From an uncultured Candidatus Saccharibacteria bacterium (GTDB taxonomy: Bacteria > Patescibacteriota > Minisyncoccia > JAHISW01 > Tagabacteraceae): a stretch of DNA of 64,000 bases. The notes beneath the pieces are model-generated. The model was given only the letters and a program-made list of their open reading frames with translations, ran no database searches and was not told the DNA's origin. Numbering within the stretch: position 1 is the stretch's first letter; each line of letters opens with the position of its first letter. Positions 9,823 to 19,229 of the stretch are shown piece by piece. The stretch covers positions 135,450-199,449 of the forward strand of contig CAZRMW010000001.1 of assembly GCA_964601305.1 (NCBI GenBank). The letters are read 5' to 3'. The translations under genes and the position numbers were made by a program.

Positions 9823-10660
9823 TTTTGTTTTTTAAAAACTTGGCAATACAAGGCCCCTCTATCAAACAATCTTTTTCTTCTGTTTTGTAAAGCAAGCTAT
9901 TAAAATATTTTTCAATCTCTCTGCAATTTTTAAAATCACCAAGTTTTTTTCTGTGCCAACTAGCCAGTGGGAGGCATCTAAAAACAGATAAATCTGTGCC
10001 TATATCAAACTTTCCGGAATTACCCTCGCAACCATATTTAATCCCTTTCTTATTGAAAACATCTTTAGATAGACCACAGCCCAAACCGACTCCTATGTTT
10101 TCTCTTTTAATTTTTTGGATTTCATTTATAAGTTTTTCTGAGTTTACAGAAAAATTCGGATTAGCCAGTCTTAAAACAATATTTTTTATACCAAATCTTT
10201 TGGCAATTTTTATTAAATAGTCTGATTCAAACTTATCGTCAAAAACGACCGCACCCACCAGAGTGTTTTTAAAAACAGAAATTTTTTCTAAATTTTTTAA
10301 AACCTGGTTCCATATTTTGGAAGAATATTTTTCTTTTGGATTTATATTAAAACTATATCTTATTCGAGAATCCTTACTTAACAAAAAATCTAAAATATTT
10401 TTATCAAAAATTCCGTTTGTAAAAATTTGCACAGAAAACCCTCTTTTTAAAGACGCTTCTACAATTTCTTTGAATTTAGGGTGCAAAGTTGGCTCTCCAC
10501 CCATTAGACGCACCTTTTTTTCTCTGCTCCCCCCCAAAAAATCCAAAACTTTTTCAAAATCAGAAAAAGACATTTCTTTGTTTTTTTTCTCCATTTCGCT
10601 TTTAGCAAAACAATAAGAACATTTTTGATTACATCTATTTGTCAGTAAAATATTAGCCAT
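9815..10660 (-). CDS. Radical SAM protein
   Basis: CNQKCSYC, MGGEP, FTNG, C-terminal cysteines (GCEG...FRCLP...GPC). Start reassigned to MANILL. Confidence 0.85.
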   Translation of the reverse strand: MANILLTNRCNQKCSYCFAKSEMEKKNKEMSFSDFEKVLDFLGGSREKKVRLMGGEPTLHPKFKEIVEASLKRGFSVQIFTNGIFDKNILDFLLSKDSRIRYSFNINPKEKYSSKIWNQVLKNLEKISVFKNTLVGAVVFDDKFESDYLIKIAKRFGIKNIVLRLANPNFSVNSEKLINEIQKIKRENIGVGLGCGLSKDVFNKKGIKYGCEGNSGKFDIGTDLSVFRCLPLASWHRKKLGDFKNCREIEKYFNSLLYKTEEKDCLIEGPCIAKFLKNKNG

Positions 10661-10697
10661 AGAATATAAGTTTATTCTATATAAAATAAACCAAATG

Positions 10698-10730
10698 AAA
10701 AAGGCATGCTGTACAAGACAACACACCTTT
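10698..10730 (-). terminator. Intrinsic terminator after the small peptide gene
   Basis: AAAGGTGTGTTGT-CTTGT-ACAGCATGCCTTT-TT hairpin (with G-U pairs) on the minus strand. Confidence 0.55.
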
Positions 10731-10749
10731 AGCTTGAAAGACCCTTACC

Positions 10750-10965
10750 TTACCAACTGGTAATTTCGGTCTCATCGACACCGAAAAACATATCGGTGTC
10801 GATGGCTGACGGCAAGTTTGTCGAAAACCATTTCATGATTTCGGCATCATTTATGTTTATGCCGAAATACATGTCAGAATCGACGGCCGACATAGGCTCG
10901 GCAGCGATGGCCAGAGAAGCAACAAAACAAACAATAAGTGCGGCGATAAGCAGTGAACGGATCAT
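10750..10965 (-). CDS. Small secreted peptide with two internal repeats
   Basis: Signal peptide ending AIA-A; SAVDSDMYFG and SAIDTDMFFG repeats; AAGGAG SD upstream. Confidence 0.7.
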   Translation of the reverse strand: MIRSLLIAALIVCFVASLAIAAEPMSAVDSDMYFGININDAEIMKWFSTNLPSAIDTDMFFGVDETEITSW

Positions 10966-11023
10966 GATGTCTCTCCTTTTTTTATCTGTTTTTTAAAATA
11001 TCACATCCCATAATCTATTCTGA

Positions 11024-11052
11024 AGTTTATCATAGCCTATTCTATCTGTCAA
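11024..11052 (-). promoter_or_regulatory. Sigma70-type promoter for the small peptide gene
   Basis: TTGACA-N17-TAAACT on the minus strand. Confidence 0.55.
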
Positions 11053-11066
11053 GACCCTGATACAAT

Positions 11067-12170
11067 TTAAAAACGATTTAGTTTTTCTATTCTTATTCCT
11101 TCTTTTTTCTTCAACACCCTTCTTCTATGTTGACGCCCAGTACATTCACCTGCAATTTTTCCAATTGCCACATCTTTTTTAAGACAATTCTGCTCTTGAC
11201 GCATATTTACCATACTTTGATCAAACCACAATTCTTTAAGTGATGTTTTTTTTACGTTTCCAGTCGGCAAATCTTCCCTCATCCAACAAGGAACAACATT
11301 CCCTTTTTCGTTAATAAACAATGACATTTTCTCCATTAAGCAAATGTCCCCATCCAAAAACGGAGCACCGATCCAACTCCAACCCTCTTTTTGAATCTTT
11401 TCCATTTTTTGATTAAATCCAAAAATTTGCTTTTCTGTAAGTTGTAATTTTTTAAAATTATCAATAGCCCTACCAGACCACTGTATCCTTTCTACACAAG
11501 GTTGTATATTATGACCAACACACCATTTGATGATATTAGGCACCTCTTTGTAATTCAAACTACAAAGTAAATTATTGTTTATTAATCTGGTTCTGCCCCA
11601 CTGATTGCTTTTATTAAAACCTGCCGACATCAAATTAAAAACACCTTTATACATTTTAGTTGCTGCGCCAGACACACCAACTAAATAGTCTTGTGTTTTA
11701 GAATCAAAAGAATTGATCTTAAATATAATCGAACAATCTAAGTCATATAGCCTATGGGCAATCTTAGGTGTAACTAAAATTGCATTTGTCAGCAATAAAC
11801 TACGAACACCTTGGCTTCTTGTGTATTCCATTAACTTCCAAATAAAAGGATATAACAATGGTTCGCCTCGTCCAGCAAAAATTACTTGTTTAACCCCCAA
11901 ATCAGCTGCCTGCTGAATTATGTTTTTATATTCTTCTTCCGATAATATTTGACTTTTGTTTTCTTTGCCACAGCTACCCAAACAATAAATACATTTCAAA
12001 TTACATTTTTTACCAAGAAACAACTGTAGTTTGTCGGGACGATAATCAGATTCAAAATCGACTAAACTATTTTTACAATACAATTTCCTAAAAACACCTC
12101 TTTGGTTTTTTGGTAAATTCCTGTTTGTGGAAGGCAAAATATCAAAAGCTGATTTTGTTGTTTTAATCAT
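11067..12170 (-). CDS. Radical SAM protein with twitch/SPASM-like C-terminus
   Basis: CNLKCIYC, GRGEP, GDIC...GNVVPC...C...C. Start reassigned to MIKTTK. Confidence 0.85.
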   Translation of the reverse strand: MIKTTKSAFDILPSTNRNLPKNQRGVFRKLYCKNSLVDFESDYRPDKLQLFLGKKCNLKCIYCLGSCGKENKSQILSEEEYKNIIQQAADLGVKQVIFAGRGEPLLYPFIWKLMEYTRSQGVRSLLLTNAILVTPKIAHRLYDLDCSIIFKINSFDSKTQDYLVGVSGAATKMYKGVFNLMSAGFNKSNQWGRTRLINNNLLCSLNYKEVPNIIKWCVGHNIQPCVERIQWSGRAIDNFKKLQLTEKQIFGFNQKMEKIQKEGWSWIGAPFLDGDICLMEKMSLFINEKGNVVPCWMREDLPTGNVKKTSLKELWFDQSMVNMRQEQNCLKKDVAIGKIAGECTGRQHRRRVLKKKEGIRIEKLNRF

Positions 12171-12178
12171 AAAATAAA

Positions 12179-13147
12179 TTAATTTATAAAATCTATAAAA
12201 TACTCGTAAGAATACTCTTGCTTTCTTGGACAAAATCTTTTTTTAGTATCTTCTATAGATATTGAAAAACTATTCCCCCAATTAAGGTGTTCGTACCCTT
12301 TATTGGCAAGCATTTCTAGAAAAAAGAGATTCAAAACACCACTAGCACCCGGTATTTTTCTGTCTACACACAAAACACTTCCAGATAAATTCTTTGATTT
12401 TGCAAGTTTGAAGGCAATATTTATCCCTATTGGACGCTGGTTGCAACACAAAACAAAACTTTCATACAATCTTGGGTTTTTTAGTGTTTCTTTTACTATT
12501 CTTAGATTCTTATTATAAACATGCTTGTAAGTAACAAGATTGGTCTCCTCTTTCTCCGCCCCCCTCTCTTTGTGTTTTTTCCAATCATCTAAAAGTCTTT
12601 TTACGCCACAATAATTACTATCTAACAATGGCTGGTAGGAAATTTGTTGTTTAGTTTTCTGTTTAGCTACAAAATTAAAAAAACTATTCCAACTTTTTCG
12701 TCTTAAATCAGGCTTGTCAGACAAAAAATCTTCTAAGTTTTTATAATCAGGCAGGTAAGAAATAAGCCTCTTTCGTTTTACAAATTTTATGGATTTGAAC
12801 TTTTCGTTGTGCAAATATTTATCTAAAACCTGTTCTGGCAACTCCCAAAGCCAAGCTTTTCTAAAATTTTTACCTAATTTATCTTTTCGTTTGATTAAAA
12901 AAGAAAATAATTTCTCTTGCCAATCTTTACCCTTGGGACAACAGAAAAAATACATTCCTGAATTAAACTTACCAAAAAAGAAAATATCTTTCCCGTCGTT
13001 GTAACTCAGGGCTAGTTTATTGCCATCAATATAATTATCAACAAAAGCTTCGCTGTCACTAAAAAAAGAAGAATTGGGGCTACATAAACGATTAAAGAGT
13101 TCTACGTCACCCTTATTAATTGAATGTATTTCAGATAAATTAACCAT
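12179..13147 (-). CDS. DUF2156/MprF-C-like (GNAT-fold, tRNA-dependent transferase-like) protein
   Basis: C-terminal KGYEHLNWG...TKKRFCP resembles the G-Y-x-N...K-x3-P end of DUF2156; central SY...LRRK motif. Confidence 0.5.
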   Translation of the reverse strand: MVNLSEIHSINKGDVELFNRLCSPNSSFFSDSEAFVDNYIDGNKLALSYNDGKDIFFFGKFNSGMYFFCCPKGKDWQEKLFSFLIKRKDKLGKNFRKAWLWELPEQVLDKYLHNEKFKSIKFVKRKRLISYLPDYKNLEDFLSDKPDLRRKSWNSFFNFVAKQKTKQQISYQPLLDSNYCGVKRLLDDWKKHKERGAEKEETNLVTYKHVYNKNLRIVKETLKNPRLYESFVLCCNQRPIGINIAFKLAKSKNLSGSVLCVDRKIPGASGVLNLFFLEMLANKGYEHLNWGNSFSISIEDTKKRFCPRKQEYSYEYFIDFIN

Positions 13148-13157
13148 TATTAAATAT

Positions 13158-14531
13158 TTAATTAAAATCTTTTTCTAGTTTAGGGTGATTTGGAAGATTT
13201 TCTAGCTTCTTAAGAGCAATTAAAATCTCCGACAAACTAGTCTGACAAAATAAATGCACCCAATCATTAATCATCTCCTGTCTATCAAAACTATCTTTAT
13301 ATTTATATTTCTTCTCCATTTTTTTAACCAATAATTGAAAAGACAAAGAATTAGGCAAAGGCTCAAAAATATGAGACAAGACCACATTCATACCTAACGC
13401 ATTAAGTTTATACACAAAATCTACTGTCCGATCTATTGAATCTTTGCTTTCTCCTGGACCACCAAACACAAAATTCCCTATTACACTAATTCCGGCTTTC
13501 TTCAAATCTTTTACAGCCTTAAACCCAATACTAGTTACTGTGCCTTTTTTCATAGAAGAAAGTATTTTTGGATCACCGCTTTCTAGCCCCAAAACAACCT
13601 GATGAATGTTGAGATCTTTAATTTTTTTAATATTCTCAGAATTTATATCATCAGCTCTAGCATAAACTCTCATTCGTGGTTTAAAACTATATCCTTTGTA
13701 CAAACTGTGAAATTCTTTAAACCAACCTTTCTGATCAAAAAAATCATCACTAATATCCCAAATAAGATCCGCGTTAAATTTTTTTACCAAAGAATCTATC
13801 TCTTCCAAAACTAAATGGGGACTACGAGCTCTTAGGCTCTTATACATTCTAGAACAAAAAATACAGCCACCTTTTGAATTTGTGCGCCAACCACAACCCT
13901 TTTTTGAATATATATGAAAAACATTTTTGTAAAAGCGATCAGGCCATTTTTGATCGAAAATTTTATAATATTTTTTATAATCAATTATTTCCCGACCAAA
14001 ATTGGGCAAGCTGTTTAAATCAACGTGTTCAATTATATTTTTTTTAATAGAGCCGTCTTTTCTGTCTTGGAAAACAAGATTCTTTATTTTGCTTAAAGGT
14101 TTGCCTATTGCATATTCATAAAAACTCCTTTCCCCATCTTCTTGAATAACCGCATCAACACAATAATTATCAGAACAAATTCCTCGATTTAGCATAATTT
14201 CTTCAGCAAGACCTGTTGCATGATGGCCACCCATAACAACTTTACTGCCCAACATCTTCGATTTTAAAGCCAAAGACAAAGCATTGCCATAATTAACAAG
14301 CATTGGTCCAATTCCCACCAAGTCCGGTTTATTTTCTTCTAAAAAAGAAATAGTTTCAGAAAGATCCAAAATTTGGCCATCTAAAATATGTATTTCTGCT
14401 TTTAAATTTTTTCTTTCTAAATAATTAGCCAGACTAATAGCCCAAAGTGGTGGATAAATACACCCCTCAATAAAAACGTTATCATTATATCCATCGTCGT
14501 CTTTTGGGGGATCTATCAACACAATAATCAT
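13158..14531 (-). CDS. Cobalamin-dependent radical SAM protein (class B methyltransferase-like)
   Basis: N-terminal B12-binding domain (PPLW, VMGGHHAT, DGE), KGC-x9-CIFC, SDD, LGLESG, GGPGES. Confidence 0.85.
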   Translation of the reverse strand: MIIVLIDPPKDDDGYNDNVFIEGCIYPPLWAISLANYLERKNLKAEIHILDGQILDLSETISFLEENKPDLVGIGPMLVNYGNALSLALKSKMLGSKVVMGGHHATGLAEEIMLNRGICSDNYCVDAVIQEDGERSFYEYAIGKPLSKIKNLVFQDRKDGSIKKNIIEHVDLNSLPNFGREIIDYKKYYKIFDQKWPDRFYKNVFHIYSKKGCGWRTNSKGGCIFCSRMYKSLRARSPHLVLEEIDSLVKKFNADLIWDISDDFFDQKGWFKEFHSLYKGYSFKPRMRVYARADDINSENIKKIKDLNIHQVVLGLESGDPKILSSMKKGTVTSIGFKAVKDLKKAGISVIGNFVFGGPGESKDSIDRTVDFVYKLNALGMNVVLSHIFEPLPNSLSFQLLVKKMEKKYKYKDSFDRQEMINDWVHLFCQTSLSEILIALKKLENLPNHPKLEKDFN

Positions 14532-15241
14532 AGATGACTTTTTTTAAGAATATATATTGGATAAAGTTCAAAATCGCTGTAATCAGCAGCCATTTTTAAA
14601 TCACGAACAATAAAATATTTTGATAAAAGCTCATCAATTTCTTCTACTGTTCTTTGTGTAAGAATTTGAGAATCATTCTTTTTGTTAATAATATTTTTAT
14701 CAAACAAACACACGCGGGTAACAAAAAATCCAGTCTCTTTCAGCAAAAGAGAAATTCTTTTTAAAAATTCCGCTTGTTCATTTGGCTCAAAATTACACAA
14801 AACAAAATCACCAATAATTAAATCAAAATGACTTTCTTTTAAAAAACCAGTCAAATCCATCCAATTAGCCTTTGTCCATTTTTCATTATTTTTAACCTCC
14901 TCTTTACATACCACAACATCAATATTAAGCTTAAACAAAACATCTCTTATTTCTGGGGTAGAACCTAAGAGCAAAACTTTTTCTTTTATGCTTATTTGAT
15001 TAAAAATCAGCAAGTAATTTTTGATATCTTCTGGAGAAAGCCTAAAAGGAGAAGAATATTCGGCCCACCTTGATAAAGCGCCACCCTGATCTAGTTCGTC
15101 AAATAAGCTATTGTTATTCGACAATTCTAATGATTTCTGTAGTTTTTTATTGTTGTTTATACCTCTTATTGTCATTAATTTTTCAGCTGATATTTTAAAT
15201 TTCTTTTGTGTTATTCTCTCATAAAAAGTATGGGCACTCAA
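14528..15241 (-). CDS. Class I SAM-dependent methyltransferase, shortened paralog of 15284-16135
   Basis: LLLGSTPEIR, FDLIIGD, LLKETG; lacks segments present in the paralog. Confidence 0.65.
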   Translation of the reverse strand: MSAHTFYERITQKKFKISAEKLMTIRGINNNKKLQKSLELSNNNSLFDELDQGGALSRWAEYSSPFRLSPEDIKNYLLIFNQISIKEKVLLLGSTPEIRDVLFKLNIDVVVCKEEVKNNEKWTKANWMDLTGFLKESHFDLIIGDFVLCNFEPNEQAEFLKRISLLLKETGFFVTRVCLFDKNIINKKNDSQILTQRTVEEIDELLSKYFIVRDLKMAADYSDFELYPIYILKKSHL

Positions 15242-15283
15242 GCATTTGTACCAAAAGAAGTATATATTAATTTAATACGACGC

Positions 15284-16135
15284 TCACTCCAAGCATCGTT
15301 TTTTCATTTTGTATACTGGATAAAATTCCGAATCTATATAGTCACCAGAGTTTATATTTTTATTTATATAAAAACTATCCAAAAACATTTTTTCTAATTC
15401 TTCTTTAGTATTCTGAACCCATGTTCTCTTCCCTCTCCATTTTTTTAAAATATTTTCTAAAACAACTTTTTCTCTTTTGCTTGTTGTTTTGTTATTTAAA
15501 TAGTTATAAATATCATTGGTAAATTTTTCTTTATTAATTTTTTTATTTTTCAGATTTGTGTTTTTATCAAACAAACGAGATGTTATAAGATCCTCGATCA
15601 ATTTACTTTTCAAAACAGAATATTTTTTAAAAGCGTTTTTTATTATATTTTCTGACTTAAAATTAATCATTTTTTTGTTAAAACAATGTATTCTCGTAAT
15701 AAAAATTCCTTCTTTGTTTAATAGTCTTGAGATTTTGTTTAAAAACTTGCTTTGGTATTTGGTCTCAATATTTCGCAAAACCAAATCTCCCAAAATAAAA
15801 TCAAAATAATTATCCTCAAAAAATTTATCTAAATTTAACCAATCAATTTTTATCCATTCTTCTTTGTTTTTGTTAATTTTGTATCCTAATTTAGTCATTT
15901 CTTCCATCATTTCTATAGAAAAATCTGCCACAGTAATTTTAGAACTATTTTTTGAAAAAATTTCTCTAATTTCTGGGGTAGCTCCCAACAATAATATTTT
16001 TTTATTACTATCTATACCAGAAAAATAATTTTTTATGTCCTTTTTAGAAGGTCTGAAAGGGAAAGTATATTTATTCCATAACAAAGAAGCATTTTCCCAA
16101 TTTGATTTTTTAAAATTACTCTTTTTTGTTTTCAT
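15284..16135 (-). CDS. Class I SAM-dependent methyltransferase
   Basis: LLLGATPEIR, ADFS, FDFILGD, LLNKEG. Confidence 0.75.
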   Translation of the reverse strand: MKTKKSNFKKSNWENASLLWNKYTFPFRPSKKDIKNYFSGIDSNKKILLLGATPEIREIFSKNSSKITVADFSIEMMEEMTKLGYKINKNKEEWIKIDWLNLDKFFEDNYFDFILGDLVLRNIETKYQSKFLNKISRLLNKEGIFITRIHCFNKKMINFKSENIIKNAFKKYSVLKSKLIEDLITSRLFDKNTNLKNKKINKEKFTNDIYNYLNNKTTSKREKVVLENILKKWRGKRTWVQNTKEELEKMFLDSFYINKNINSGDYIDSEFYPVYKMKKRCLE

Positions 16136-16197
16136 TAAAAAATAATACCAAAGGATTGGTATTTATAAAACACAAACAACTAGCTGTAATCTCAAAA

Positions 16198-17109
16198 CTA
16201 CTCAATCTCACACAACAAACCTAAAAAAACACTTAAATGTTCCGTCTCGCAATAATCTCCCTTGATGTATTCTTCGTATTCTTTTATCCTTAAAATTTCG
16301 TCATTGCATACTATTTCTGAAGTTCCCATATTTTTACAAACTAGACGAGAAAAATCTTCACCTAAAGATCTATAGGCATAAGCAATTCTAATACCAGTCT
16401 GCACCTCTCTTATTTTTTTATTTTCTACCAAAGGCCCTATGCCCTCTATCGCTTTGAGTGCTTCACCTTCTTCTAGCCCGGAAAAACTCTTTGCAACGTC
16501 ACAAATATTATCACATTTCTTCGGAAATCCACTAGGAGTAGTGTCCAAAGAATTTAATCCATCCTCACATCTTTTTGTTAAAAGACTACAAGTATCTTCG
16601 TTTAAATCTTCTACTGTGGCTAAAACAAGTATAAGTTTATTAAAACCTTCTCTTTCTTCTAATTTTTCCAGATATGTTTTTTTTGATTCATCAGCAGTAT
16701 CTTCTTGATAATTTATATTTTCAATAAAATTTTTAGCTCTATTATAAAAATCTTCATCATTAGGATTTGCAAGAGATTTACATATTAAATATCTTCTAAG
16801 TTTACCGACAGCCAAAGACATTCTGTCTAATTCAAATGTAGTATTTCTAAAAACAATGTTGTTAACCTTAAAATCCAAGCTTTTGTCTGATTCTTTTAGA
16901 TTTGCTAATTTTTCTATCAACTCATCGTCTGATAAATTTTTAGATTCTTCTAAACATTTTGCTTTTACCGCTTCTGATGAAATATGGTGTTGGTCTCTAC
17001 TAAAAAACCAAAAAGCCACAGCTAATAAAATCAAAACAACTGCTGTAAATATTATTGAAAATTTTTTATTTTGTAGCATTTGAAAAATTAATAAGCCGGA
17101 CTCATACAC
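16198..17109 (-). CDS. Membrane-anchored Cys-containing hypothetical protein
   Basis: Single N-terminal hydrophobic helix, spaced cysteines; alternative start at 17079. Confidence 0.65.
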   Translation of the reverse strand: MYESGLLIFQMLQNKKFSIIFTAVVLILLAVAFWFFSRDQHHISSEAVKAKCLEESKNLSDDELIEKLANLKESDKSLDFKVNNIVFRNTTFELDRMSLAVGKLRRYLICKSLANPNDEDFYNRAKNFIENINYQEDTADESKKTYLEKLEEREGFNKLILVLATVEDLNEDTCSLLTKRCEDGLNSLDTTPSGFPKKCDNICDVAKSFSGLEEGEALKAIEGIGPLVENKKIREVQTGIRIAYAYRSLGEDFSRLVCKNMGTSEIVCNDEILRIKEYEEYIKGDYCETEHLSVFLGLLCEIE

Positions 17110-17570
17110 CCGCCACCACTACAACACGCAAAACAAACACAAGCATTTGAATGGTTTGCATGAGAACTATGTGAACCATGGCTACCGTGTGATCCATGAC
17201 TACCGTGACGGCCGTGACTACCGTGAGACCCATGCGATCCATGCGAACCATGAGATCCGTGACTACCATGCGATCCGTGACTACCATGCGATCCGTGACT
17301 GCCGTGAGAACCATGTGAGCCATGAGAACCGTGAGACCCATGCGAGCCATGCGAACCGTGAGACCCGTGGCTACCGTGTGATGCATGAGAACAATCAGCC
17401 GAACTTGTATTTGGCTTCATCGCCCCCGAAAGCACAACACCCAAAGACAGCACCCCCATAGCAATTTTGGCAGCACTTTTTTTATTTATTCTACCCTCTT
17501 CACTATTTAAAAAAGCTTTTATATCTTTTTTAATTTGAGGAAATTTTTCTTCCGATTTCTTTTTGGCCAT
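17088..17570 (-). CDS. hxsA: His-Xaa-Ser repeat precursor peptide (HxsA-type)
   Basis: 27 His-Xaa-Xaa triplets (HAS, 18xHGS, HGR, 4xHGS, HSS, HAN, HSN) directly downstream of hxsB. Confidence 0.9.
   Translation of the reverse strand: MAKKKSEEKFPQIKKDIKAFLNSEEGRINKKSAAKIAMGVLSLGVVLSGAMKPNTSSADCSHASHGSHGSHGSHGSHGSHGSHGSHGSHGSHGSHGSHGSHGSHGSHGSHGSHGSHGSHGRHGSHGSHGSHGSHSSHANHSNACVCFACCSGGGCMSPAY
17145..17387 (-). repeat. 9-bp codon-degenerate tandem repeat encoding (HGS)n
   Basis: CAY-GGN-TCN/AGY units with synonymous variation. Confidence 0.9.
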
Positions 17571-17591
17571 TAACTAAATTATAACAATTAT

Positions 17592-19022
17592 TTAATTTTT
17601 ATTAAACCAGTCTTCTAAAATTTTTCTAGACTCTTTATTTTTAAGTTTTTCAAACAAAAACTCTAGTGTTGCCATATTTATCTTACACCTTTCATTTGAA
17701 GACATTTGCCCAAAAATATTTCCCTGAACAAAATAATTGTATATAGGGCAAACCCCGCAATACGGCTTGTAGGCACAATCGCAACACCCGGGCAGACCAT
17801 CTAAGCACGACGCCATACACATAGTTCTAGATACAGGACTAGCTACTATTTCTTGGTAACTATCCTTGGAAACATTGCCAAGTCTAAAACTTTCATCGCC
17901 CATCATACTCATCATTCTGCCTTCATCGCACGTGTAAACATCGCCATTATAATTGTAAGCTAGCTGCCCTATACCTGCTCCGCACGGAGACCTAAAATCT
18001 AAATGGTTTGGGTCTTTGTGAGTTAAAATTTTTGCCAAAAAAGTAATAGCCATTTTTTCCCTGAAATCTACCCCTTTTTTGTTTAATTCTAAAATATAAT
18101 CAAAAGCGGCTTTGTAGAAATCCATATATTCATCGGTAGTATAGCCAATTTTTTCAAAATGATTTTTAGAAAAACCAAATGGATTAAGCGGTCTTAAATA
18201 AACATCGGAAAATCCAAGCTTAATAAATTCGTCTATCATTTTTTTATAATATGGCAAAGAGAATTTGCTTACGGTTACAGAAGGACTTAGTTTGTAAATA
18301 TAGCCTTTTTTCTTTAGCTGTGGATACATCTTATTAAACTTTTTCGCCCATTTAATCGCATGTTTGTAGCTGTTTTTATTTTTGCCACTTATTATTGGCC
18401 TGTTTTTATTGTGGACACCCTCTGGGCCGTCTAAAGAAATACAAAAACTCACTTTGTTGTCTATTAGATATTTAAACTTGTTTTCTGTCATCAAAGAAAA
18501 ATTAGAAACTAACCTTAGTTGCAAATCTTTATTAGCTTTTTTATTTTTTTCTTGCGCATACTCAATAATAAATTTTACTATAGACCAATTCACCAGTGGT
18601 TCTCCCCCCTGAAATTCTATTGCCACAAAATCACTTGTTGTTTCAAAAATTTTATCAACCACGCTTTTTGCAGTTTTTTTATCCATATCTAAATCCCCTC
18701 TATCTAAATCTTGGGCGCTTGCATGACAATATACACACTTATGATTGCATCTTAAAGTAACCACAACTATGTGCAAACTGGGTCCACCAAAAACAAAATC
18801 ATTTTTAGATTTATATTTTTCTATTACATAGCTTAAGTCTGCTTCATTTTTTAAGAAATTTTTGTCCTCTAGTTTTTTGTATAGTTTACTCCTCTTTTTT
18901 ACTTTTCCATCTTTAAAATCTTGAAAATCTTCTTTACCTAAAAACAAAAAATCACCAACATCGTTGGTTAAAAAATATTCATCTCCCACTAATTTAAAAC
19001 GAAAATGACTAGGTTTGCTCAT
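17592..19022 (-). CDS. hxsB: His-Xaa-Ser system radical SAM/SPASM maturase HxsB
   Basis: SLHIVVVTLRCNHKCVYC, EFQGGEP, RSPCGAG, YNYNGDVYTCDEGRM, CCDCAYKPYCGVCP; lies between the hxsD-like genes and the repeat peptide. Confidence 0.9.
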   Translation of the reverse strand: MSKPSHFRFKLVGDEYFLTNDVGDFLFLGKEDFQDFKDGKVKKRSKLYKKLEDKNFLKNEADLSYVIEKYKSKNDFVFGGPSLHIVVVTLRCNHKCVYCHASAQDLDRGDLDMDKKTAKSVVDKIFETTSDFVAIEFQGGEPLVNWSIVKFIIEYAQEKNKKANKDLQLRLVSNFSLMTENKFKYLIDNKVSFCISLDGPEGVHNKNRPIISGKNKNSYKHAIKWAKKFNKMYPQLKKKGYIYKLSPSVTVSKFSLPYYKKMIDEFIKLGFSDVYLRPLNPFGFSKNHFEKIGYTTDEYMDFYKAAFDYILELNKKGVDFREKMAITFLAKILTHKDPNHLDFRSPCGAGIGQLAYNYNGDVYTCDEGRMMSMMGDESFRLGNVSKDSYQEIVASPVSRTMCMASCLDGLPGCCDCAYKPYCGVCPIYNYFVQGNIFGQMSSNERCKINMATLEFLFEKLKNKESRKILEDWFNKN

Positions 19023-19025
19023 AAA

Positions 19026-19229
19026 TTAATTAAGCATTAAAGCTAAAACATAATTGCAAAATTCATCTTTTACCAGAGTAGCTTTAGATTTTTTTAGATT
19101 TTTTATTTTCACTGAAAAATAGTTCCCTTTTCTGCTAAAAACAAAATCTGCAAAACCACTAAAGTCTTTTATGGCCAATTTTATTGCTCCTAATTTATAT
19201 AACTTATTATGAAATTTTATTGTTTCCAT
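19026..19229 (-). CDS. Small HxsD-like protein
   Basis: METIKFHNKLY...AIKDF...DEFCNYVL resembles the HxsD N-terminal fold. Confidence 0.7.
   Translation of the reverse strand: METIKFHNKLYKLGAIKLAIKDFSGFADFVFSRKGNYFSVKIKNLKKSKATLVKDEFCNYVLALMLN

Noticed and set aside
17145-17387. Possible CRISPR array or VNTR
   Set aside because: 9-bp coding repeat with no spacers; no cas genes in the window
17102-17461. Alternative-frame ORFs with repeats (VTDRMV..., AIRDYH...)
   Set aside because: Shadows of the HGS repeat; synonymous variation is consistent only in the HxsA frame
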